Source: Antedon mediterranea
Taxonomy: Eukaryota; Animalia; Echinodermata
DNA: 64,000 bases
Direction: 5' to 3'
Assembly (NCBI RefSeq): GCF_964355755.1
Contig: NC_092680.1
Span: 5,394,001-5,458,000 of the forward strand
The notes beneath the pieces were generated by a model. That model saw only the letters and a list, made by a program, of their open reading frames with translations, did no database searches and was not told the DNA's origin. Both the position numbers and the translations under genes were made by a program. Below are positions 54,801 to 64,000 of this stretch, piece after piece (position 1 is the first letter of the stretch; every line of letters begins with the position of its first letter).

Positions 54801-57800
54801 GGTATCTGTTTGTTGGGAACGGATTCAACCTATACTTGCAAATGTGCCATTGGTTATATTGGAACAACCTGTGAAATAGTTGGTAGGTTATGTTATTTTT
54901 ACTCCTATAATGCCGTAGTCTTGTGCAATGAATTAAAAGAAAGACCGTTTAGTTTATGTGAACCATACTGTCAACTTAGTAATCCGTACCTTCACAAGTA
55001 TAATAATTCCTTATACCAATATCAGAAGTAACTTATAATGATCACACACATATAATGTATATCAAAATCTGGACATTTAAACTATGTACCAACATTGCAA
55101 TGATCGTCTGATTTTTAAGAAATGGATAATCATTTGTGCTTCTGTTTTTAACAGATTCAGTCTGCACTAGAAATCCAGATTTATGCAACACAGGAACATG
55201 TGTTCTACTTGGAGAGGGTACAAAAGAATGTAATTGCCTCCAATTTTATAGTGGTGAATACTGTGAAACTTTTACAAGTAAGTATTAGGAGTCCAAGTTT
55301 ACTGAATCATAAAACATATGCAAACAATCTCATAGTCTTGTGGTAGGAATCAATTATGTATATCTATAGACCATACAGTACCCGATTTGATTCGATTCGT
55401 GTCCAAACATAGTCCAAAAATAGTTTCATTTTTGCATCAATCACAAGCTTAGCGGACTGTGGATTTGATTCCAGGCCAGTGATATTGTCCTGTTTTTGTT
55501 GTTGTTTTTAACGTACAAAAGAAAAATAGAGTTTATAGAGTGTTGCAGTAACCATCATTTGCTTCATTTTTCCAATAAAAGAATGAGTCAAGAATGCAGA
55601 TTTATAATTTTGAACTGATTATAGATCCCAGTTACATTATTTTATAATTAATACCATTATGTTATTTGTATAGGTCCTTGTACAGATGACTTATGTCAAA
55701 ATGGTGGAACATGCATGTTAACATCAGAAAGCTATGTGTGCATGTGTGCCTCTCTATACATGGGTACTCACTGTGAGAACCTTGTCGGTAAGTGAAATAT
55801 ATTTGTATATATTAGAAAATACAATAAAAACGATACATATTACCACTGTAGCAATAAGAGTAATTTTTTTTTCCAAAAATGCTTCCTCTATAGCTTCTAA
55901 TATTAAATGGTCGTATTTCATTCATTTATTCTTTGACTTGGATATTTATAATAAATTAGTTTCTATTTTACGTCATTGAATTTATAATATTCACAATGCC
56001 TGAATTTGGGGTGAAACTTTCTTTTGACCATAAAATTATACTGGGTGCCTATGTACAATGGAACCCTTCCTTTAGGACACCCCTATTAAGTGGACACTTT
56101 CCCGTCAAAAGAATGAGAAAATACATGTTAATACTATAGCCAACCTCCCTAAGAGGAAACATTGTTGTGTCCCTAAGTTGCCTTTATGATTTTGTTTTCA
56201 TAATCAATATTTTATCTTCTGCAGATTCTTGTGTAGATGCTCCCTGCAAAAATGGTGGTACCTGTACTAGTACACCACAGGGCTACTCATGCGAATGTAC
56301 ATCTGCATACACAGGTGATAACTGTGAAAATGGTAAGTTGATTGCCTCTATTGCAGCTGGTGTAATGTTTTACATCACAAGTGTAATTTTATGTATATCA
56401 GCAGTGTATAAACTGTGACAATGGTATGTGCATTATTGGTATAATATAATTATAATATAAGTCGATTGTCACAGTATCGATTATCTCTTTATATAAAATG
56501 ACATGATCACACCTTCACTTCAAATAAGCAGAATAATGTTTATTATCAACACCGTACTTCTTATTTGTTGCAGGATTTGTACCTACCTTCCAAAATTGTC
56601 CCTTGTACCCACTCAATTTCACCCTTGCCACTGGACAGTCCTACGCCATTGTAGAGGTTACTCTTGAAGCAGTTGACAATGATGGTATAAATATTAATCC
56701 TTTGATTATTGAACCTGCTGGAGCTGTTCTGAATGGAAATCCAGTTGAGTTTACAGAGGAGTTTAGAAATGGAAAACCTTACACTTTTAGAGCAGTTGAT
56801 CCACATGATGATTTGTTGTATGCAGATTGTATTGTTACAGTCAGATTTGTAGGTATGTATCCAGTTAAAAGTTATATTTTTCATTCATACACGTTATTGA
56901 TAATTGAAATAGCTCTTTATAGTATTGTCTGTCTGTCTGTCCGTCTGTAAATTCCAAGATCAGATACTGTAGTACATCACAAAATTCCTAGCTAGTAGAT
57001 TGGTTAACTTGCTTGCTTTTCAATCACAAGATTTAGTGTTTCTACTCCACTACCAAAGTAGCCTGAAATGAGACTAAGTGAGGTATTTTATAAGCGTGAC
57101 GGGTCATGCTGAGATTTACATGTTACTTGTTGTTGGATATATATGTCAACATAAAGGAAAGATCTACGCTAGGGTTGCTGTCAGATCTTTAGTACATATT
57201 AAAAAAAATAATAATGCATGTTTTTTCATCTAATTTCAGATGAAGAGGATCCTGTGATGTTGTGTTCTAAAGATATCACAACAATAACAACTGAAAATAC
57301 TATTCAAATTTCATGGCCATTACCAACCATCACTGATAACTTAGCACCAAGTGAAAGCAAAAGCTTTATTTATAGTCATCAAAATAACTCATTATTTACT
57401 GCTGATACTACGGTTACTGTTGTCATAATGGGCTTTGATTCATTTGACAACTCGGACACCTGTACTTTTTCAGTTGAAGTTATTCAAGCTGGTAAATTTA
57501 TGAATATTTTTAATACATTAGAAACCCTCTTTTGGAACGTCAGGGAAATTAAGGAAAACATTTTTGAGCGAGAGACCCCTATTTAGTGGAGCATAAGGAG
57601 TCAATTTATTGGGTCCCGACAATGTCCCTTTACTTATCAATCATCATCATTGACTTAGCATCAGGGTATTTTTTTTTTGTTCTTCATTGCAATAGTTTTT
57701 CTACATCATGTTCGAATAATGTGTCCTATTGTGCAGACAATTTTTCCAGGTGCAGCAGTTAGTTTTATTTTCAGGGAGTGATGGACACAAAAAATCTTAC

Positions 57801-60166
57801 TGTATCAACTATTAAGATGATCTATATTTTCATGTAAAATTTAAGCCTTTGAAACGGAAATAGAGACAATTTTGTTTTTATTTTAGATACGGACTGTGCT
57901 CCATTTCCGGAAGTTTTTAATGGACAGTTAACTTGCAACATTATCAAATCTACTCTTGCAAGAACATGCAATCTCTTTTGTAACGATGGATATGCAATTG
58001 TTCCAATCGATGGCAACTCGGATGGAACTTACGGCTGTATAATTGATGGCAGAGATGAAGCTGTGTGGGAACCAATAGCAAATCCATATAGATGTGCAGG
58101 TTTGTAGTACATGTTTATGGTTTTACTGCCACTTCAGATACCAGTACCTTCCAGTAAAAGTTGGGAAATAAGTTGTGAAAGAGTATCTTTCTGATTTTTG
58201 ATAATATATCAAAGATTTAATATATATCATATATATGAAAAATCCAAGATGTGGTGCATCAATATATTTCTTTGATGTTATTCAGCATATCCAAGATATG
58301 ATATATTTCTATGGACAAGTCTGATACTCGTCATTTACGGATAATTTAATCTTTTCCGTACCTGCCACTAAATATATTTTTGAAGTATGTGTGTTTTCTT
58401 TCTATGGTCATAAATTATGGAATATTGTCACTAATTCACCTCTTACTTTAAAGTTTTGCATTTAAGTTACAACCTTATTCATGTTTAAAGATTGAAATTT
58501 GACTGTTTGAGTAAATCTACAGTAATCTTTACAGAATTATACGAGTAATTAGGTTATTAGATTACCATGTCTCAAGATATATAACAATATTTAAATACTG
58601 AATTTCATTTTATAGAATTAGTTGCACCTGCATTATACATACAGTCTGTTGCAGTTGAATTCACCTTGCCGTCGGATGTATGCATGAACGGTGAAGAAGA
58701 CGTGGTTACTGACGTCAAACAAACACTAGAAAACCAGAATCTTTGTGAAGTCGGAGAGGCTGATGTCTGTGAGGATGTTTCTCTTAACTGTGGCCAAAAT
58801 CAATTACGGAAACGTAGAACTACCACTGAAGACTTTGATGTTGACATAACTGTTACTAGTCCTGGGAGTGAAGATGTTGGTGATGCAAGGAATGACGTCA
58901 CAAGTGCTACAGAAAGTATCTCGAATCTGGTTGATCAAGATGGACTTTCTGTAAATCTTGATGGTGAAGCCTACACAGCAACTGGATATCGAACTAGTGA
59001 ATTTGCTATTTTGTGTCCTTCTGGGCATATTACAATATCATCTATGTGTGGTAAGTTTTTTCAGGTTTTTCCAACAAATCTTTTTTTTAAACAAATATAG
59101 TCACTTTGTTTTGGAAATTGAAATTGAAAACAATATGATATTGTTTTTGTATTTCGTGAGCTTGTCCAACTTTTATAATATTAAAATGTTATATAATATT
59201 GTCTTGTTCTTGTTTAGCTGCCTGTCCTGCAGGAACTTCGTATTCAAATAATGGGTGTTCATATTGTGATGCCAACTACTACCAAGATTCGTCGGCTCAA
59301 ACGGATTGCCATGCATGCAACAGTGGTGCAATTAGTGATGAAGGCAGTTATAGAGCTGATCAATGTGAGTATATAGAGTGGTATTTTAAAACATTAATTC
59401 AGCAATGTATATTGCAGATGATATTTTTTCCATTTATTATAACATGTATATGCTGTACAAAACATATCTCAAAATTGTTGAAAAGTATGATTTGCTAAAT
59501 GTGGTCCTATTACAAAGTAGCATGTATTTCATTATTGAATAAATCTCTTTCATTTTAGGTGTCAAAGCAGAGAAACTTGAAGATAATTCATGGTCTACAG
59601 AACTGATTGTAGTAGTTGCTGTCGCATGTTCCCTCGTATTCCTCTTCTTGGTCCTCGTACCAATCGCATGCTGTTGCTGTTACAGTTGTTGTGAAGAGCG
59701 CGATTATGAGAAAAGTCTGCCACATTCTAGCAGATCTCATTTAAATCGTGCGTACGATGATGAGTTAGATGTGATTGACGCCAACATGTTTGATAGCACT
59801 GAACACTACAATGATATGGATCATCCAAGTTATCAAAGCTTACATACGAATGGACGGATGATACGCATTCCAACCATTTCAAAAGGAACTGATAAATCGG
59901 ATTATGAAATGAACATTTCTAACGGTAACGGTCATGCGTATATAAATTCTGATGATATACCCCCAACACCAACGGCAGTTCCTCCACCACCTCCCGTGGA
60001 GTTAGGGAACGGTTTCGGACCACACACACCACCTCCGCCTCCACCACCACCTCCGGCACTCAACATCAATGGAAATAATTCAAATGTATATTCGCATGAA
60101 CCGGTTAGAGTGAGAGCGACTTTAAAGGGCAGTGTGAAAACTAATGGATCCCTAACCCGGGTTTAG
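30842..60166 (+). CDS. Type I membrane protein: signal peptide - Reeler - 25x EGF - 2x HYR - CCP/sushi - linker - ephrin-receptor-like Cys repeat - TM - Pro-rich tail; 35 exons, ~1875 aa
   Basis: Reeler exons 30842-31049, 32987-33218, 33743-33807 ([20 protein letters not shown]; [13 protein letters not shown]; LSH..K..W.SP; [11 protein letters not shown]). Phase-1 EGF exons start at 34096, 34648, 36024, 36515, 37074, 37596, 38020, 38589, 42157, 43496, 44329, 44935, 45522, 48794, 50209, 51092, 51467, 51816, 52083, 53822, 54334, 54769, 55155, 55674, 56225. Microexon 40384-40413; HYR 56574-56852 and 57240-57491; CCP 57887-58099; linker 58616-59050; CPAGTSY..C..C..NYYQD..AQTDC..C 59218-59364; TM and tail 59559-60166. 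Total 5628 nt, in frame. Confidence 0.88.
33573..33686. mobile_element. MITE family A copy
   Basis: TAAAGCTCTATCTACACT...AGTGTAGACACAACTTAA with core GTGCCCAAATATGG..ATGATATGACGTCATC.TGTCCATATATGGGCA. Confidence 0.75.
39325..40019. mobile_element. Helentron-associated non-autonomous element (HINE-like), second family
   Basis: Subterminal AGTCGCGTG (39349) is inverted relative to the terminal hairpin AGTCGCTTCCACGCGACT (39997-40014); (CCGA)n microsatellites near both ends; A-rich flanks; CpG-rich interior unlike the host intron. Confidence 0.65.
42524..42838. mobile_element. Kolobok-like MITE, 3'-truncated copy
   Basis: TTAA|AGATGTATTGTCCCC start; collinear with 50739-51030. Confidence 0.75.
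45101..45275. repeat. ~15-bp tandem repeat (GGGACACTCT.CTT) inside a CAGTG.AACCTC-type MITE end
   Basis: About 10 GGGACAC(C/T)CT units following CAGTGTAACCTCTC; related ends at ~56055 and ~57520. Confidence 0.75.
45658..46215. repeat. Degenerate ~130-bp tandem repeat
   Basis: GCATG(A/G)CA..AAATGGAATG recurs at ~45663, 45774, 45912, 46060, 46189. Confidence 0.65.
46864..47168. repeat. 84-bp minisatellite, ~3.5 copies
   Basis: Unit TAACTAGTACAATTTACATTCAGATTTAGTACCCTCTGTCATACTAGTCCATGGCACACCCAACAGTACGCACATGCAATTGCT. Confidence 0.95.
47332..47482 (-). mobile_element. SINE 3' fragment with (TTTACC)n-type tail
   Basis: CCCCTACTCTTTTCGA core on the plus strand, plus AAAAGTAAAAGGTAAAGGTA, which reads as a short tandem-repeat tail on the minus strand. 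Confidence 0.45.
48290..48594. mobile_element. Degenerate MITE-like element
   Basis: CTGTTCTCCCTCAAATTA ... TAATTGGAGGCGAGAACAG imperfect inverted termini. Confidence 0.45.
50739..51060. mobile_element. Kolobok-like MITE, complete, TTAA target duplication
   Basis: TTAA|AGATGTATTGTCCCC...GGGGAACAATACATCT|TTAA. A TTAA TSD with AG..CT termini fits Kolobok rather than piggyBac (CCC..GGG). Confidence 0.8.
51354..51420. mobile_element. 67-bp hairpin mini-MITE
   Basis: TAAGGCCGTGTTT.CGCAGCCAA ... TTGGCTGCC.AAACACGGCCTTA. Confidence 0.65.
52385..53706 (-). mobile_element. Non-autonomous Helitron, 1322 bp
   Basis: Minus strand begins A|TCTATATATAAA (53706) and ends GATGGTACGCGAGCGAAGCGAGCGTACCATCTAG|T (52385): 5' TC, 3' GC-rich hairpin plus CTAG, inserted between A and T with no TSD. 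Confidence 0.85.
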
Positions 60167-62119
60167 TACAATTCAATTCGGAATTTTGTAATCAAGACTT
60201 TTGGATGTTATGAACCACCAGATGATTTTTTAATTAATATATAATGAATTGATCAAAAAAGTAAAGGTAACGATGTACAGCTATGATTTTCATAGCTTAT
60301 TAATTTGTTTAACATTGTAAAAACGTTCTAACTTTTCCTTTCAAAATATATTTATTGTTTAAATATTGTTGTTACTTTTATTATTTATTTTGTAGTGTCA
60401 TTAATTGATAGATACAGGAGTCATGTCAACATGTCGTCCAAAGTAGTAGTATTTTAAAAATATTTTCATTTCAATTTTACTATGAACATATTTTTTAATA
60501 TTTTCATTACAGTTTTACTATAAACAATTAAGCGTCTTTTGTTTGTTGGTGCTTTTTATAAGATAACTTTTAAAATAAAATTAGAGGCAAGTTCAATGAT
60601 TTGCAAATACCACTCTTCTATAAATACTGGTTTAAAACATTTTAAATTTTAGAAATTGTAAATTAAAGTAATCTTAAATTGTTTCAAACCACTTTAATTA
60701 AATTAGTGTTAACCGACGAAATTGCAATTTTTTTTAACCAGTATTTTAAGAAGGAAACCGTTTTGTATTTTACTTTGATTGCATTTGTTTTGTTGTGAAA
60801 GTGGAGCCAAGGGGGTATGAACATTTGAAGCAGCTCTTCTTTGTACTGATACCATGGTTCAAAAACCTTGTTTTCATTCTCTGCATGTCATACAGAGCTA
60901 TTGCTGAAGAATAAATAAGGGGCTAAATTATATTACAACACATACTCTTTCGAGGTATTTGTCCCATGGGCCCTTGGACCACACCCATGATGATACGCTC
61001 TAAATCATTTTCTATGCATGTCATTTGTTTTTATTTTTAGTTTAATACTAATACCAAAACATTGTCACTTATTCAGTTATTATATATTATTATTTTATTA
61101 TTATTCATTAGTTATATCTTGTTATTTTCAATTGAGTGTAGTCTTTTCTGTAAATTTAGGTTATTTTTTTTACATTTCTTTGCCAGCAATAGAAAAGAAT
61201 GGGATGTTATTTCATTTTAATTCAAGCGCAAATATTTTTAAACAACTCACCGATTTAAATAATTAGTTTTTTAGTAACTTTTGATCACAACATATAAATT
61301 GAAAAAATGTTTATGGTTACACAGATACGTTTTCACGCTAAATCACTGTTTTTTGCTTTGATGAAAGTAGACTATGCATTTTGATAAATTAATTAAAAAA
61401 TTATTAAGTCAAGCCATTAATGAACAAAAATAATAATAGATTATTTAATGTAAATTAGTAATTATTTATACATATATCGCCTTGTATTGCCCACTCCAGA
61501 ATGATTATTTTTAAAGAGAGCAGGTGTTGTAATTTACAATATGTAATAAAGTATAAATTAATATCCGCTGGTCGGTATAATGTTATAATAATATAAAACA
61601 TTATATAGGTAATGTTGGGGAACACTGTTTCTGGGACAACTGATTTAATTCTGTTACACCTATATTTTTTTTATCGACAGAAGCTATCGGCACGGTCAAC
61701 CATGATCAAATGCAGTACATTGTATCATTTACTATAGTTGTGTATGGATAATGCCTTTTTTTACTGACAATTGTATGCTGTTTATCGGCAAAGAGAACTA
61801 GGCGTACTGTCAAGTGTGCCTATAGAACACTTTACATTAGATGATAGATATTGATTGTCAACTGTGCTGATAGAGGAATATCGAGCATGTAAACTCATAT
61901 AAGTGGCGGGAACATGCATTTCATTTCATCATTTACTGTGGTCTAATTACATAATATAATTTGTATAATATCATGTCTTTCCAGTTTAGAGAGAATATTG
62001 TTGTACAAACTTACACATTGCCTTTAAACTACTTTTATGCTTTGTACATACATATTATGAATAATTAAATTGAGTTATTTTGTATATGTTGTTTTCTTTT
62101 ATAATAAAATAACTTAATA

Positions 62120-64000
62120 ATGTAATGTAACTGTTTAATATACTGTATGTATTGATAAAACGTGCGCAGAACACAATATGTGATTCTCCGCTATATTAGT
62201 ACAGGGATTTTATCGAAAAATATCGACCTTTCCATTTATTTTTTATTATAACTGGATACTTATAATAATACTCATAATTGACATGCACAAAACGCCTTAT
62301 ATGATTCCGCACATGTCAATTATTATATAGAAATCAGTTATGTATGAAAATAAATTGGTCCATTTTTTTTCAAAAAAATTGCAAAATGTCGACCTTTCAA
62401 AAGAACTGGTTACTATAATATAATTGACATGCGCAAAACACATTATTTGACTCTGCGCATGTAATTTATGATATAGTAAGCAGTTTCGTCAAAAAATAAA
62501 AGGGTCGAAAATACGCACTTTTCAATATTCAATTATTGCAATAATATTGCTATATATGCGTATATATTGCATTATCATCATTTTATAGACGTATAGTACG
62601 CAGTTTTGTCGAAAAATGAAAGTGTTGAAAATGGCAAATTTTCGACCTTTTTATTTTTCGATAAAACTGGTTAATATAGCACAATTGACATGCGCAGAAC
62701 CCATTATTGGCCACTGCGCATGTTTATTATGCTATAGTAACCATTTATGTCAAAACTGGTTACTATAGCACAATTGACATGCGCAGAACCCATTATTCGT
62801 CCCTGCGCATGTTTATTATGCAATAGTAACCATTTATGTCAAAAAATAAAAGGGTCGAAAATCGGCCATTTTTCGAAAATTTTCCTGTACTATAGTACAG
62901 GATTTTTTTCGAAAAAATGGCCAATTTTCGATCTTTTTATTTTTCGATTAAACTGGTTACTATAGCACAATTAACATGCGCAAAACTCATTAGTGGCTTC
63001 TGCGCATGTTTATTATGCTATAGTAACCATTTTTGTCAAAACTGGTTACTGTAGCACAATTGACATGCGCAGAACCCATTATTCGTCTCTGCGCATGTTT
63101 ATTATGTAATAGTAACCATTTATGTCAAAAAATAAAAGGGTCGAAAATCGGCAATTTTTCAAAAATTTCCCTGTACACGGATTTTTAAAAAAATGGCAAA
63201 TTTTCAACCTTTTTATTATGACAAAACTGCTTACTATAGCACAATTGACATGCGCAGAACCCATTATTCGCCACTGCGCATGTTTATTATGCTATAGTAA
63301 CCATTTATGTCAAAACTGGTTACTATAGCACAATTGACATGCGCAGAACCCGTTATTCGTCCCTGCGCATGTTTATTATGCAATAGTAACCATTTATGTC
63401 AAAAAATAAAAGGGTCGAAAATCGGTCATTTTTCAAAAATTTCCCTGTACTATAGTACACGGATTTTAAAAAAAATGGCAAATTTTGGACCTTTTTATTT
63501 TTCGATAAAACTGGTTACTATAGCACAATTGACATGCGCAGAACCCATTATTCACCTTTGCGCATGTTTATTATGCTATAGTAACCATTTATGTCAAAAC
63601 TGGTTACTATAGCACAATTGACATGCGCAGAACCCATTATTCGTCTCTGCGCATGTTTATTATGCAATAGTAACCATTTATGTAAAAAAATAAAAGGGTC
63701 GAAAATCGGCCATTTTTCGAAAATTTCCCTGTACTATAGTACAGGATTTTTTTCAAAAAAATGGCCAATTTTCGATCTTTTTATTTTTCGATAAAACTGG
63801 TTACTATAGCACAATTGACATGCGCAGAACCCATTATTCGCCTCTGCGCATATTCATTATGCTATAGTAACCATTTATGTCAAAAAATAAAAGGGTAAAA
63901 AATCGGCCATTTTTCGAAAATTTCCCTGTACTATAGTACAGGATTTTTTTCAACAAAATGGCCAATTTTCGATCTTTTTATTTTTCGATAAAACTGGTTA
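62120..64000. repeat. Higher-order tandem array of two palindromic monomers (A ~87 bp, B ~110 bp; HOR ~285 bp), running off the window end
   Basis: A = AAAACTGGTTACTATAGCACAATTGACATGCGCAGA-loop-CTGCGCATGTTTATTATGCTATAGTAACC; B is centred on CCTGTACTATAGTACAGG. Order (AAB)x4-AB-A from 62663, with decayed copies back to ~62120. Confidence 0.92.

Noticed and set aside
34096-56332. Notch, Delta/Serrate, Crumbs or fibropellin identity for the EGF array
   Set aside because: No LNR/ankyrin, DSL, laminin-G or CUB/avidin exons found; the N-terminus is Reeler and the C-terminus HYR/CCP/TM, so no gene symbol is assigned.
62747-63794. Repeated short ORFs (MSKLVTIAQLTCAEPII...)
   Set aside because: Translations of the satellite; frames break between units.
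62663-64000. CRISPR-like array of palindromic repeats
   Set aside because: The intervening sequences are repeated rather than unique spacers, units are 87-110 bp, there are no cas genes, and the context is eukaryotic.

Overview
AT-rich, intron-containing animal genomic DNA, most likely a marine invertebrate (echinoderm-like; inference from gene content and repeats). I reconstructed four protein-coding genes by hand from GT-AG boundaries and reading-frame phase. (1) ELP1/IKBKAP, + strand, 24 coding exons, 3273-18296, ~1325 aa. (2) An unusual minus-strand gene, 25040-19598, ~788 aa, in which four tandem single-exon Death-fold domains are spliced in frame onto a RING/B-box/B-box/coiled-coil (TRIM) terminal exon. 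(3) An adjacent stand-alone TRIM paralog of that exon, 27752-26631, 373 aa. (4) A 35-exon type I membrane protein, 30842-60166, ~1875 aa: signal peptide, Reeler, 25 EGF, 2 HYR, CCP, furin-site linker, ephrin-receptor-like Cys repeat, TM, and a Cys-cluster/polyproline/PDZ-ligand tail. Introns and intergenic DNA carry non-autonomous elements: a 9-bp-TSD Mutator-like element, a canonical Helitron, Helentron/HINE-like elements, TTAA Kolobok-like and other MITEs, tRNA-derived SINEs, and a candidate Penelope-type hammerhead ribozyme. The window ends in a higher-order array of two alternating palindromes. Domain calls are from motif recognition only; no searches were run.
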